This document shows, in pieces, positions 9,572 through 20,306 of a DNA stretch of 62,970 nt. The notes below the pieces were generated by a model. That model worked only from the letters and a program-made list of their open reading frames with translations. It was not told the origin of the DNA and ran no database searches. Origin of the DNA: Calditrichaceae bacterium (GTDB lineage Bacteria; Calditrichota; Calditrichia; Calditrichales; JBFXGD01); assembly GCA_050173015.1 (NCBI GenBank), contig JBFXLE010000026.1:1-62970 (forward strand), in the 5' to 3' direction. Numbering within the stretch: the first letter of the stretch is position 1; every line of letters starts with the position of its first letter. The translations under genes and the position numbers were made by a program.

Positions 9572-10758
9572 TCGCGAGTTCCCGTTACATTTTGATCTTG
9601 TCTGATTGCCGGTTCAGCAAATACCCCTGTTTGAGAAAGCCGTTTTTCTTTGAGCAGCGAATCCATAAAAAATTTTGCGGCCCAATTTGGATAAGCAAAA
9701 TGAATGTAGTTTCCCCAAATTGGATAAGAGCCAGCGATACCACCCCGGATGTAAATATTATTCCCGGAAATATTTTGCCTTGACATAAGATACGTATTGA
9801 TCTCAGTCCCTTTAATATAATATTTTTGATCAGATAATTCCTTGGCTAGTATAAAGAGAATAATTGCAAGCTGCGCGCTTCCCGTCAGACAACTAAATTT
9901 GGGATTCCCATTCCAGTTTTTGTCATAAATCCCGCTGATAAATCCACGATCAGGAATTTTTTCAATAAGCGCGTCAACAGCTTTGACAACAGAAGTGATA
10001 TATTTCGTTTTATTCAAATAAATACCTGATTCCAGTATTCCCCGCAGAGTGTACGCAATGGTGTGTGTAAATGGTGTTACACCATCTTTAAGTGTAAATG
10101 CGGCGTTTTTAAACCATCCGGTATCCTGCTGATTAGACAATGCCCATTCAACGTTTATTCTGTTTGCTCTCAGATATTTATCATCCGAAGCGTGTTGATG
10201 AACTTTCAGTAAACTCCATGCAACACGCGAATAATAGGTATGCGGTATATCATTATAAGCGCCATTTCTCCAGGCGCCATCTTTATCCTGAGTTTTTAGC
10301 AGCCAGTCTGCAGCCTTAACCGCCGAATCCAAATACTTTTCATCTTTTGTAAATTCAAAAATCTTAATCAATCCAAAAATAATTTGTCCTGTATCAAACA
10401 CCATTTTTTTCTTCAAAGACATATCTGGAAAAGCGCCGTCCTCGAATTGAATTTCCAGCAGCCAATCCGCCATCTTACGTACACGGATGATAATACTTTC
10501 TTCCTGACGGATGTGATGATAATCAAGAAGTGTCTCAATAATATATCCGGTTGTTTCCGGATAGGAGGTCAACCACCCACGGTATAGATGAAAAGCGGAT
10601 GATACCCCTCCATTTTTTGTAGCGTCCTGCGCGCGACACAACCAGCCATAGGCCTCATCCAAATGAAGATCAATATTGCGATCACGCGTATTTGGCGTTT
10701 GAACGGCATTTATTAGATTTCTGCCGAATCTCAAAATTTTAAACATCCCGTCTCTCAC
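9568..10758 (-). CDS. (alpha/alpha)6-barrel protein with prenyltransferase/squalene-cyclase-like QW repeats, EPS-associated
   Basis: SYPETTGYIIET, WLLEIQFEDG, WLLKTQDKDGAW, WALSNQQDTGW repeats; YPNWAAKFFMD. Confidence 0.7.
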   Translation of the reverse strand: MRDGMFKILRFGRNLINAVQTPNTRDRNIDLHLDEAYGWLCRAQDATKNGGVSSAFHLYRGWLTSYPETTGYIIETLLDYHHIRQEESIIIRVRKMADWLLEIQFEDGAFPDMSLKKKMVFDTGQIIFGLIKIFEFTKDEKYLDSAVKAADWLLKTQDKDGAWRNGAYNDIPHTYYSRVAWSLLKVHQHASDDKYLRANRINVEWALSNQQDTGWFKNAAFTLKDGVTPFTHTIAYTLRGILESGIYLNKTKYITSVVKAVDALIEKIPDRGFISGIYDKNWNGNPKFSCLTGSAQLAIILFILAKELSDQKYYIKGTEINTYLMSRQNISGNNIYIRGGIAGSYPIWGNYIHFAYPNWAAKFFMDSLLKEKRLSQTGVFAEPAIRQDQNVTGTRE

Positions 10759-10836
10759 ATTTCAGTCGTAAATTGCAGATCACCCTGAATTTCTTATAAT
10801 TTAATTCAGGATGATTCTGCATCTTTTGTAATTCAT

Positions 10837-11928
10837 TTATATTCCCCTGGGACCAGCCTGGAGTGTAAATTTCAATAAAAATCCCTGATGTTTAGCCCAT
10901 TCACTGCTGATTTTAAGACCATCATCCAGACTAAATACCGGCTTATATCCTAATTGTTGTTCAATTTTTTTAGCGGGATAAGAAGAATTTCTGTTGAATA
11001 ATCTTAGCTCTACGGGAGCAGGTGTGGTTTTTATAGCCATCTCTGTTTTTTTCATCAGATTTTTAGCCAGGCTTGAATGTTCCGCGACGGCTTTGACAAC
11101 GCCCATGAAATGATCTCTTGCAAATTTCCCCACAAAGCGCACCGGTTCTATCATTGCTGTCCGTAAATAGGTGGTTGTGGTTTTTATCTCTTTCAATGGT
11201 GGCAATCCAAGACTATCATTAAATTTTCTGAAATAGTCATTCCATGTAACTTCATCCGTTCCATTCACATTAAACGCCTGGCCAACCGCTTTTTCGTCTT
11301 TGAGTGAGAGGAATATTGCTCTTATAAGATCGTCCACATATATTAAATTACATCTGCCGTTGCCATACTTCTCAAAGGCACCCCATTGTCCCGCTACCAG
11401 CATTCTGGCAAAATTGGTCGTCCAGTTTTTGCTGAAGGGTCCGTAGACAATAGAGGGACGTATTACTGTTAATGGTAATCCCTTCTTACTATACTCCCAG
11501 CAGACTTTCTCCGCGTCTATTTTGGTTTGATTATATTCATTGCCCGTATATTTGTATGGAAATTCTTCGCTTATTTCGCCCTCTGCATCCCCGTAAATTT
11601 CCGCAGTGCTTAAGTGAACAAATCGCTTCACTTTATGACGGAGCGCCGCGTCCAGCAAATTTTTTGTTCCCTCAACAGTGACACCAGCCGGACCTTTAGC
11701 GCAATGAATAACGGCAGTAACGCCATCCATTGCTTTTTCAATTTCATCTTTATCCATCAGATCTACTTTTACTATATCCAGAGGGAATCTTCCAATTCTT
11801 GCCGCGCTGGACCATCTCCAAATTCCAGCCCTTACATTTTTTTGTCCCTTTAGGTAGAGGATCTCCACAATCCTTGCGCCTATAAATCCACTGGCGCCGG
11901 TTACTAAAATTTTTCCATTATCAGACAT
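10837..11928 (-). CDS. NAD-dependent epimerase/dehydratase
   Basis: TGASGFIG Rossmann motif, YNQTK catalytic motif, RPSIVYGP. Confidence 0.92.
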   Translation of the reverse strand: MSDNGKILVTGASGFIGARIVEILYLKGQKNVRAGIWRWSSAARIGRFPLDIVKVDLMDKDEIEKAMDGVTAVIHCAKGPAGVTVEGTKNLLDAALRHKVKRFVHLSTAEIYGDAEGEISEEFPYKYTGNEYNQTKIDAEKVCWEYSKKGLPLTVIRPSIVYGPFSKNWTTNFARMLVAGQWGAFEKYGNGRCNLIYVDDLIRAIFLSLKDEKAVGQAFNVNGTDEVTWNDYFRKFNDSLGLPPLKEIKTTTTYLRTAMIEPVRFVGKFARDHFMGVVKAVAEHSSLAKNLMKKTEMAIKTTPAPVELRLFNRNSSYPAKKIEQQLGYKPVFSLDDGLKISSEWAKHQGFLLKFTLQAGPRGI

Positions 11929-12931
11929 TTATCGCCTCCAGATTTTCATACCAGGGTAAATTGAATCGTTGACGTTTACTGTAAGCATCCTCAAGCAATG
12001 CAATGGAAGGCCATACATCATTCGCAGATACAAGCGGCTTTGCGGAATTGCTCACCACTTCTATGAAATTATTGACAATTGGTTTTACAAAATCCGGATA
12101 TATCTTAACATTGGTAGGAAGTGAGATCGTCTCCGGTTTTCCCTGATTCTTTACCATCCTGATCCGGTCCCATTCAAAAATATTTCCTTCAATATATCCC
12201 AGTTCACCTGTAATTTTATAAAGATTGTCCAGATCGTTTAAGCGATTAAATCTGATTTCAATTTCGCATTCATCCTTACGCGCTTTTAAACAAGCCACTG
12301 ATTCCGGACCTCCGAATGAGTCATCGGTAAACGTCTCTAATTCAGGCTTTCCGTCCAGCCACCAGGTTATTGTATCCACCACATGAGAGCCGATATCCAT
12401 TAAAACGCCTTTTGCGGAGACCTTCGGATCAACATAGAAACCGGTTAAGCTGGGCCAGGCAAAAGTCATTCCCTCAAAATATTTTATCGACCTGAGTTTT
12501 CCTAACTCTCCCCGGGAAATTAGCTCTTTAATTTTCATAAAAGAGGGAAACATCCGTCGGGTATTGTTTACAGAAATAGTCACCTTATTTTCTTCGGCAA
12601 TCCGAATCATCTCTTTTACTTCGTCCACTTTTTCAACCAGTGGTTTTTCACAGAGTACGTGACTCCCACCCTTGAGAAAATCTGTCGCGACCTGAAAGTG
12701 TAAAAAATTCGGAACAACAATTATTACACCCTGCACCTTGCCAATTATGCGTTTGTAGTCGCTTTCATAACGATCGCTGCCAACTTCTTTAGCCATCTCC
12801 TCCGCGGTAGTCAGGTCGCGATCCACAAAGATCATGCGTTTTGCAATTTCCGGATGCGCTTTTAAAGCCGGCAGATAGTATCTACGGGCCGCAGCTCCGC
12901 ATCCGATCAATCCTAGAACATTTTCCGTCAT
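11921..12931 (-). CDS. Gfo/Idh/MocA family oxidoreductase
   Basis: IGCGAAA, HVLCEKP, GVLMDIGSH; likely start MTEN with GGAGA RBS. Confidence 0.92.
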   Translation of the reverse strand: MTENVLGLIGCGAAARRYYLPALKAHPEIAKRMIFVDRDLTTAEEMAKEVGSDRYESDYKRIIGKVQGVIIVVPNFLHFQVATDFLKGGSHVLCEKPLVEKVDEVKEMIRIAEENKVTISVNNTRRMFPSFMKIKELISRGELGKLRSIKYFEGMTFAWPSLTGFYVDPKVSAKGVLMDIGSHVVDTITWWLDGKPELETFTDDSFGGPESVACLKARKDECEIEIRFNRLNDLDNLYKITGELGYIEGNIFEWDRIRMVKNQGKPETISLPTNVKIYPDFVKPIVNNFIEVVSNSAKPLVSANDVWPSIALLEDAYSKRQRFNLPWYENLEAINV

Positions 12932-13021
12932 TATAAATTCTCCGTTGTTGATCAAAAAAAGTAAATTAATAGTTCGGTTACTATTGGATCATAATTATTA
13001 AAAAAGGAAATACCGGAAGAA

Positions 13022-14143
13022 TCAGTTGATGAATGAAAAATAAAGTGACTCTGTATCCTGAACCATTTTTCTTCCTGAATATTTTTGATTTACAAGTTTA
13101 AAAGCATTATCCGCTATGCGTGATGCTCTTGCCTCATCAACAAGACAGTCTAACATACTTTTTTCAAGGGCGGCTTCATCGGCCGGGCTGATCAGATAAC
13201 CCGTTTTGTCATTTTGAATAAGTACGGGAATGTCTCCAACCGAGGTTGCTATCACAGGAATTTTCTTGGACATCGCCTCCAAAAGAACATATGGTAAACC
13301 TTCTCTTAAAGACGGTATGACTAGAAAATCAATTTTTTCATAGACATTATTCATGTCATTTCTTACACCGCAAAGTGAAATGTTCTTTTCCAGGCGCAAA
13401 TTACTGATTTGAGATTCAATTTCTTCTCTCGCCGGGCCATCTCCGACAATTAAAGCCGCTGTCTCCGGGAATTTATTTAGAACTCTCGCGAACGCATTTA
13501 TAAAAAAACGATGCCCTTTATCCGGAAAGAGTCTTCCGACGACTGCAAAAACTTTTTTCCCGTTTTCTGTAAAGACCGGATTTTGATCTTCTTCCGGGCT
13601 TCCGTTTCCAAGAATGGATAAATCGATACCATTTTGAATGACCTTAACTTTTCCACCGGGCATGTGTTTTTGCAAGTCCCCATAAATTTGATTCGATACC
13701 GCAATGATACTGTGAAAGAAATGGTATATAATTCTTTCTGTAAAAAAAAGGTACGTCTTTTTTAGAAGAGAGTCTTTTGTTGAGCCATGAGCAGTTGCTA
13801 TTCGTTTAACCGGCAAATTAATCGATGCGGCCAAACCGTAAAAATCTGATTTAAAATCATGTGTGTGAATAATGTTAATTGACTCTTTCTTTAAAATCCG
13901 TCTCATTTTCACTATCGCGCCCGTGTCAAGACGACCGTTCACGTCAATTGGAATTACATTCGCTCCTATTCCCGCGGCCTGTTCAATTAGTTTATCACTT
14001 TTACCATCCCCTCTTCGCATGCAAATCAGGGAGATATTAAATCGGTCTTTATCATAATTGTTCAGCAATGTGAGTATAACCCGCTCTGATCCGAAAATTC
14101 CGCTGCTGTCTTTGATTAAAAGTATGTTTTTTTTATTCATCAT
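13022..14143 (-). CDS. Glycosyltransferase family 4
   Basis: VGRLFPDKGH, PSLREGLPYVLLEAM. Confidence 0.92.
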   Translation of the reverse strand: MMNKKNILLIKDSSGIFGSERVILTLLNNYDKDRFNISLICMRRGDGKSDKLIEQAAGIGANVIPIDVNGRLDTGAIVKMRRILKKESINIIHTHDFKSDFYGLAASINLPVKRIATAHGSTKDSLLKKTYLFFTERIIYHFFHSIIAVSNQIYGDLQKHMPGGKVKVIQNGIDLSILGNGSPEEDQNPVFTENGKKVFAVVGRLFPDKGHRFFINAFARVLNKFPETAALIVGDGPAREEIESQISNLRLEKNISLCGVRNDMNNVYEKIDFLVIPSLREGLPYVLLEAMSKKIPVIATSVGDIPVLIQNDKTGYLISPADEAALEKSMLDCLVDEARASRIADNAFKLVNQKYSGRKMVQDTESLYFSFIN

Positions 14144-14197
14144 CTTTATTGTTATTATTCATCTTCAGTTTTATGTGCTTATGGATTCTATCATCAA

Positions 14198-15334
14198 TTA
14201 TTCATATGGATTTGTCGTCTTTCCGGAGGAAACCCGGGACGACCTGGAAATGGAATTTAACAGTTCTTTAAAATGACGAAATCTTAGCTTTGTGATTTTT
14301 GTGGTGATTTTTTTGAATGAAATCATCGGTTTTATACGTAATTCCCATTCCCGTTTTAGCGAATACATTCTCCAAAATTGATTATAGAAAGGAAATTTCA
14401 GGCCCGTCTTTAATTTTTTAAAATGTTTTTCCCTATAAGGTTCATCATCCGGAATAATACTTCCGTCACTTTTTATATATGTGAATATCTTTTCTTCACG
14501 CATTTGCAGGGAATTATCGAGTTCAATCTCAAATATCATTGATCTTCGATGAATTTTTTCCAGGATTGTTTTTACCGTTCTCTGTTGGCCATCCGGTAAG
14601 TTGTATGACCATTCAAAATCATTAAACACAAAATTACCGAGGCTATATGCAACCAGTCCCTTCCCTATACGCTCCATTCCCTGTAATACGTGCGGATGAT
14701 GTCCTATGATCAAATCTGTCCCGGCCTCTATCAATTTTTTGGCAATTCCGCGCTGATTGGGAGTTGGATAATCATAATGTTCGATTCCCCAATGCATCAA
14801 TATAATCACTGTATCACATTGTTTTTTACAATTTCTGATTGTGTCGATTGTTTCGTCCAAATCAAAAAACGCCACCCCCGGCTGATCTTCTCCGGCATAC
14901 GAGGGTGAAGAAACGATGACCGATGTCCGTCCCAAAACCCCGATTTTCCTGCCTTCTGATTCAAAATATTCAGGCTTGCAGGCCTCTATAATATCCCTAC
15001 CCGCTCCAACATATCTTATTCCGGCAGACCGAAGGTTATTTATCGTTGACGTCAATCCCTGAATTCCATAATCCATGATATGATTATTAGCCAGTGTAAC
15101 CATGTTGATGCCGCTATTCTTCATAACTCCGGCCCATTCCGGTTTACCGTTCAGCGTGCATTTCCCCGGTACAGGTGTTCCGGCAAGCGTAAGAGGCCCT
15201 TCCAGATTTCCGATTACAAGATCTGATTTTTTGAGAAACGGGGAGATCATGTTAAAAAGTTTGGCCTTATTATTCAGTTTATTCGAGTCAACGAACGAAA
15301 TATCACCTACCGCGCTTATTCTGATATTTTTCAT
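14198..15334 (-). CDS. CapA (PGA_cap) family metallophosphatase-fold protein
   Basis: VGD, NLE, LANNH, HWG.E, GHHPH, YSLGNF motifs; likely start MKNIR. Confidence 0.9.
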   Translation of the reverse strand: MKNIRISAVGDISFVDSNKLNNKAKLFNMISPFLKKSDLVIGNLEGPLTLAGTPVPGKCTLNGKPEWAGVMKNSGINMVTLANNHIMDYGIQGLTSTINNLRSAGIRYVGAGRDIIEACKPEYFESEGRKIGVLGRTSVIVSSPSYAGEDQPGVAFFDLDETIDTIRNCKKQCDTVIILMHWGIEHYDYPTPNQRGIAKKLIEAGTDLIIGHHPHVLQGMERIGKGLVAYSLGNFVFNDFEWSYNLPDGQQRTVKTILEKIHRRSMIFEIELDNSLQMREEKIFTYIKSDGSIIPDDEPYREKHFKKLKTGLKFPFYNQFWRMYSLKREWELRIKPMISFKKITTKITKLRFRHFKELLNSISRSSRVSSGKTTNPYE

Positions 15335-15342
15335 CTTAATAA

Positions 15343-16734
15343 TTATATTCCCATCAATTTTTCTTTTGGAATATTGCAAATAATAAATGCATATTTTCCC
15401 GATTTAAGAGGAGAAATTTGTTCGACAAATTCATAGGATATATTCAGTTCCGGGCCAAAAATTTTTAATGCGTTCTCCCGTTGCTGTTGAAGTATATCAT
15501 CCGGCGGTACCGGTAAAGTCATCCTGATGAGCAGTTGGTCAAAATCGTTTTGTATAAGTTGAATCCTGTTTTTCAAACCGATAGTATGAACTAAGTTCGG
15601 AATAAGCGTCACTGACGCGATTTTTCTGCCATCCGGGGTATAGACCATGTCAACCAGTCTGCCACCAACGCCTTCCAATAAAGGGAGACCTCGTCCACAA
15701 CTACATTTCTTATTGGATAACCGGCCCAAATCACCTATTTCGTATCGGATAAAAGGCATGCCATAATTCAACAGATCCGTGACAATAATATTATCTAGAT
15801 TTTCCGGATTATCTTCATTCTTTACTTTTTGCTTATTTAGCGGAATTGTCTCCAAATAAATGTTCTCCGCGTTCAGATGGAATCCATTCTGCTGATCACA
15901 TTCCTGGGCAATCGGTCCAACTTCCCTCGTACGATATGAATTTAATACCGGACAATGGAAAGCCTGTTCGATAATTTTTCTTTGCCCGGGATAAAGTGGC
16001 TCTCCGGTCGTAATAATTCCTCTCAGATGCAAGTCGGTTATGTTATGTTCGATTGCGTATTTTGCCAGTTCCGTGACAGGCATAGCAAAACCGCGAATCA
16101 TTTTCGCGCGATGTTTTCTTATTTGTTTAAGATGTTCCGCCATACGCTTGTGATCGAGCACTGTTAGCGCCAGTTTTATCTCTCTCGCGGAGAGAAAATT
16201 TCTTAACTTCATCTTCCATGTTATTTTGTCATGCATATCCATGGTCGCCGGCCAAACCAAACTCATCCATTCCCCAAATTCCCAGCCGGCCCATTGTTCA
16301 AATCTTAAAAGTGAGGCTTCCTTTGGAGTCAAACAGGCGTTGTCTCGATAAAATTCTGTCATAAATCCCGTGGTTCCACCTGAAGTGGACATATGCATTT
16401 CTTTCTCGTCCAGATTGACCGCTTTCATTTGACTCGAAAATTCTTGTATATCCTTCTTTGTGAGAATTGGTATAATGTTCAGTTCATCGGGACTCTGAAA
16501 TCTATACGGATCAAATTCACAACTATTAAATCTGTCCTTATAAAATTGTGTGTTCTCATAAGCATGAATTAATAGTTTCTTTAATTTTTTAAACTGAAGT
16601 TCCTGGATTTTCTCCCGATCCCAATACTGACTTTCTTCTAAAGAAGCCAATTCCGTAAATAATCCGGCATGGCCATCTGCCCTTGCTATAAGCGGATATG
16701 TTATTTTTTTAATAATTGTTTTTTGTAGTTTCAT
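15343..16734 (-). CDS. Phenylacetate-CoA ligase family (CapK-like) adenylate-forming enzyme
   Basis: PILTK, TSGGTTG, TTGE, YRTREVG, VTDL.NY.MPFIRYEIGD, SGK. Confidence 0.9.
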   Translation of the reverse strand: MKLQKTIIKKITYPLIARADGHAGLFTELASLEESQYWDREKIQELQFKKLKKLLIHAYENTQFYKDRFNSCEFDPYRFQSPDELNIIPILTKKDIQEFSSQMKAVNLDEKEMHMSTSGGTTGFMTEFYRDNACLTPKEASLLRFEQWAGWEFGEWMSLVWPATMDMHDKITWKMKLRNFLSAREIKLALTVLDHKRMAEHLKQIRKHRAKMIRGFAMPVTELAKYAIEHNITDLHLRGIITTGEPLYPGQRKIIEQAFHCPVLNSYRTREVGPIAQECDQQNGFHLNAENIYLETIPLNKQKVKNEDNPENLDNIIVTDLLNYGMPFIRYEIGDLGRLSNKKCSCGRGLPLLEGVGGRLVDMVYTPDGRKIASVTLIPNLVHTIGLKNRIQLIQNDFDQLLIRMTLPVPPDDILQQQRENALKIFGPELNISYEFVEQISPLKSGKYAFIICNIPKEKLMGI

Positions 16735-16804
16735 TTTTTTATTCAGTGTAATAAAAGTTCAAAACACCGGGGACAAATCGGCGGATTTCAATTTACTGCG
16801 TCAT

Positions 16805-18118
16805 CTATGTATCTTCTATTTCAATATCCTGATTTTCTAAATATTCGATTACTTCTTCGTCTTCAAAAATCAGATTATCAATGCTGGAAACCAAAGCGGC
16901 CATAAAAAACCAGAACCAGATTAATGAGCCATGTGTAAAATTTCCAAGAAATAAACGCACAAATAATCCCAACTGAACTCCGTTAAGCATATTAAAATAG
17001 AAATTATGATTATCATTCTCCGTGTTTAAAAGTGATTTTAAGAGACTGGCTCTTTTAAAAATCCAGTACATCCAAATAAACCAAACAATACTTGACAATC
17101 CCAATTCACCGATTAATTCGCCGTATAAATTATGGGATTCAAAGCGATAACTAAAATAGTAGCTCCTGGCTTCAGCAAAACAACCTATCCCCACTCCAAG
17201 CAGAGGTCTTTTGAACAGCATATCAATCCCATTGATCAGACCCAAAAACCGGTCAGAACTTGATCGGCTTCCATGAATTCCATCCAGTATGCTCATGATG
17301 TGATCAATATACTCTCCACCGGCAAGAGGAAGCGTCACAAAGAAAACGACAACAAAATAAAATATTGCCCGTCCCCTGTTCTCTGTGAAATATATAATTC
17401 CCGCGCCGATTGCTAAAAATCCCAAAAATCCACCTCTTGACTTGGAAACTATAACCCCTATGATCACAAAAGCCAGAGCAGCCCATAGAATGAATCTTCG
17501 GGTAGATCTTTTTTCATACAACAGACTGAAGTAGATAAGCGGTATGCCCTGATTAAGAGTATTCGCAAGAGCCACATGTCCGGCTGCGGCTCCAAATCTG
17601 CCAATCGCCACGGCACCGTAATCTTCTTCTATAACCACTCCGGTCAAATAATTAACAACCGGTTCATAACCGATCCACACGGTCATCAAAACAAATGTCC
17701 AGACAAGCTTCTTAAGATCTTCATTGCCCTGGACTGAAGAGACGATCATAATATAAAAAAGGACCATTTTTAGAAGTTCATACCCGCCTTCCTGCCATGA
17801 AGCCGCCACATCCAGTGCTTGTGGTACTGACAACATGCCTACCAGAAAAAACAACCATAGGTATCTTGAGATGGAATTTTGATTGGTGAGAATATTTGCG
17901 AATCCCTTTTCAGAAAATGCAATCGAAATAAAAACTACGATCGCCGCAATTAGCTCTATTCTCAAATCTCCCAACTCAGGATACATAATTCCAATCCTGG
18001 CGTTAATTATAATGAAATAAGAGATAACGCCGTAGATGGGCCTGAAAAAACTAAACACCAGAAATAGAATGCTTAGAATGGGTAAAATTATCTGAATTGA
18101 TTCTGCAGACGGTAACAT
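16805..18118 (-). CDS. O-antigen ligase/Wzy-type polymerase
   Basis: Polytopic membrane protein; SKSRGG, PLLGVGIG, SHNLY...GELG motifs. Confidence 0.85.
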   Translation of the reverse strand: MLPSAESIQIILPILSILFLVFSFFRPIYGVISYFIIINARIGIMYPELGDLRIELIAAIVVFISIAFSEKGFANILTNQNSISRYLWLFFLVGMLSVPQALDVAASWQEGGYELLKMVLFYIMIVSSVQGNEDLKKLVWTFVLMTVWIGYEPVVNYLTGVVIEEDYGAVAIGRFGAAAGHVALANTLNQGIPLIYFSLLYEKRSTRRFILWAALAFVIIGVIVSKSRGGFLGFLAIGAGIIYFTENRGRAIFYFVVVFFVTLPLAGGEYIDHIMSILDGIHGSRSSSDRFLGLINGIDMLFKRPLLGVGIGCFAEARSYYFSYRFESHNLYGELIGELGLSSIVWFIWMYWIFKRASLLKSLLNTENDNHNFYFNMLNGVQLGLFVRLFLGNFTHGSLIWFWFFMAALVSSIDNLIFEDEEVIEYLENQDIEIEDT

Positions 18119-18144
18119 ATAATTAATTCTAATTTATTTGATGG

Positions 18145-18981
18145 TTATAGAGCCCGAGCAATATTTTTGTATTTCTCTGAACCCAATATATCGTGAATGA
18201 TAAATTTAATTGCCTGATTCAATTTGTATGGTAATATCTCCGTCGGGGTGAGAAGACCTTTAAATTCATCATTTGACATTTTCCCGAGAACTTCAATTCT
18301 TTTATACACATACTGCCCTTCATTAAGGTCATTAACACCTATTTCACAACCAAACAGAGCACTGTACCCGACATTTTTCGCATTCTCCACAACAACATTG
18401 TCAAACCATCCCCCGGGAGGCGCAATACTCAAAACATTATCACCGATAATATTTTCAATATCATTTTTTGAGCTCTGTAATTGATGGTTAATTTCTGGTT
18501 TACTTAATGCATCCAGGAAAAGATGCGTGTAGCCGTGGGAACCAATTTCCATGTTGTTCTCATGCATTTCCTTAAGTTGCCAGGATTGCATTAATCCCGG
18601 CCGGTCAATATACTTTGTGACGACAAAAAACACACCATTCATCCCACGTTCTTTCAATAAAGGATAAACGTTTAAAAAGTGATCCTCCGTCCCGTCATCA
18701 AAGGAAAGGATAACAGTTTTTGATGGCTCATCCGGAATTTTACCTGCAATGATATCTTTCGGGAGAATAGTTTGGTAGCCGTTTTCAACCAAATAATCAA
18801 GTTGAGCTTCGAATTGATCTTTTGTTACTGAGTACTTGTTCTGAGTAGATTCCACAGATTCGACTTTATGGTATAAAAGCACAATGACTCCCTCGCGATT
18901 CAATTGATCATATTGAACGAAGCTGAATGTGACAAAAACAAAAAACAAAGACGCTGAAATAATCATCAATTTTTTCAACAT
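18145..18981 (-). CDS. Polysaccharide deacetylase (CE4/NodB), membrane-anchored or exported
   Basis: LLYH, SFDDG, GSHGYTH, APPGG; N-terminal hydrophobic segment. Confidence 0.9.
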   Translation of the reverse strand: MLKKLMIISASLFFVFVTFSFVQYDQLNREGVIVLLYHKVESVESTQNKYSVTKDQFEAQLDYLVENGYQTILPKDIIAGKIPDEPSKTVILSFDDGTEDHFLNVYPLLKERGMNGVFFVVTKYIDRPGLMQSWQLKEMHENNMEIGSHGYTHLFLDALSKPEINHQLQSSKNDIENIIGDNVLSIAPPGGWFDNVVVENAKNVGYSALFGCEIGVNDLNEGQYVYKRIEVLGKMSNDEFKGLLTPTEILPYKLNQAIKFIIHDILGSEKYKNIARAL

Positions 18982-19097
18982 ATTAGAATCCTTTCTATCC
19001 GGAGGAGAATAACCTTCTGGTTATCAGAAGTTTCGATTTAAATCGTATTCTTCCTTAAACGGTGACGGATACGTTTTCTTTGATCTTCTTTGTATTC

Positions 19098-20306
19098 TTA
19101 ATGGTCGCTATTAGAAAGCCAACCAAGGCCAACAATATAGATGGTATAACAAAAAAGAAGATAGAAGCTGACTGATTTTGCTTTTTCTTCCCTTTTGCTC
19201 TTCTCATACTTATATGCTCTACCTGAAATCAGGAATTTTATATAATCTATTCTCATCCTAAATATCTGCGGCCAGAACTGACTTTTAAAACTACTGACAA
19301 TTCTGTGAATGTTTCTATGCATGAATCCGTATTTCAGCAAGGCATCAAGGGATGTATACAAATTGTCACGACATATGAAATAATATTGATGCTTCAATTT
19401 TTCCGGATCTCTGATCAACTTGTTTAAATTTTCAATGTAGCTGACGGCAGATTTCTTTGCGTCCCCTTCCAACAGTTTGGGCACCCCTGTCTGTGTTTCA
19501 AATTCATGTATTTTTAAGTCTTCTATTTTCCCGCCATTAATCTCCGCTTCAACAACCAATCCCATCCTGGAAAATCGATGTGGCCCCTCTTCCATATCAA
19601 AGATAAAATTCCCTAAACTATATGCGATAAATCCATCCTTATAATACTCATATCCCTGAGGAACATGCGGATGATGACCAATAACAAGATTTGCGCCGCA
19701 ATCAATCATTTTCCGGGAACATTCAACCTGAGCCGGTGTGGGATGATCCGAGAATTCCACTCCAAAGTGGAAATAACAAATAATGACGTCTACTTTTTTA
19801 TGTAACTCCGATATAGTTCTCGCCGCCTGCTCGACACTTAATACGCCGGCTCCCCACCCTCTGATATTCGCGGCAGACCGTTCTTTCTGAGCTACGGCAA
19901 GAACACCTGTTTTGCATCCATCTATATCCAGTACCAGCGGTTCCCGCGCGCTTTCTTCCGTCCATCCCGCGCCCAGCCACTGTATATCTCTGCTCGTCAG
20001 AACATCCATCGTGTCCTGCAATCCCCTTTTACCATAATCTATGATATGATTATTCGCGAGAGATCCTACTGAGATATTAAGATAATTTAGAATTGATCCT
20101 GTCGATACAGGCGCCCTTAAGGTAGGAGGGACTTTAAAATAGGGGTCCGATTCATCAGTTAACGGACATTCGATATTTGCAAGTACAAGATCAGCATTTG
20201 AAAATATCTTTTTTACGGGCCGCAGCGCCTCTTCTGCCCCGCCATTCTGAATTAAGGTTTCTATCTTTCCATTTAGGACGATATCACCACAAGCAATAAT
20301 TCTCAT
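19098..20306 (-). CDS. CapA (PGA_cap) family protein
   Basis: CGD, NIE, LANNH, HFGVE, GHHPH, YSLGNFIFD. Confidence 0.9.
   Translation of the reverse strand: MRIIACGDIVLNGKIETLIQNGGAEEALRPVKKIFSNADLVLANIECPLTDESDPYFKVPPTLRAPVSTGSILNYLNISVGSLANNHIIDYGKRGLQDTMDVLTSRDIQWLGAGWTEESAREPLVLDIDGCKTGVLAVAQKERSAANIRGWGAGVLSVEQAARTISELHKKVDVIICYFHFGVEFSDHPTPAQVECSRKMIDCGANLVIGHHPHVPQGYEYYKDGFIAYSLGNFIFDMEEGPHRFSRMGLVVEAEINGGKIEDLKIHEFETQTGVPKLLEGDAKKSAVSYIENLNKLIRDPEKLKHQYYFICRDNLYTSLDALLKYGFMHRNIHRIVSSFKSQFWPQIFRMRIDYIKFLISGRAYKYEKSKREEKAKSVSFYLLFCYTIYIVGLGWLSNSDH

Noticed and set aside
10774-10821. Intergenic inverted repeat inside the EPS operon
   Set aside because: Imperfect with only a weak U-tract; probably an mRNA stability element, too weak to call
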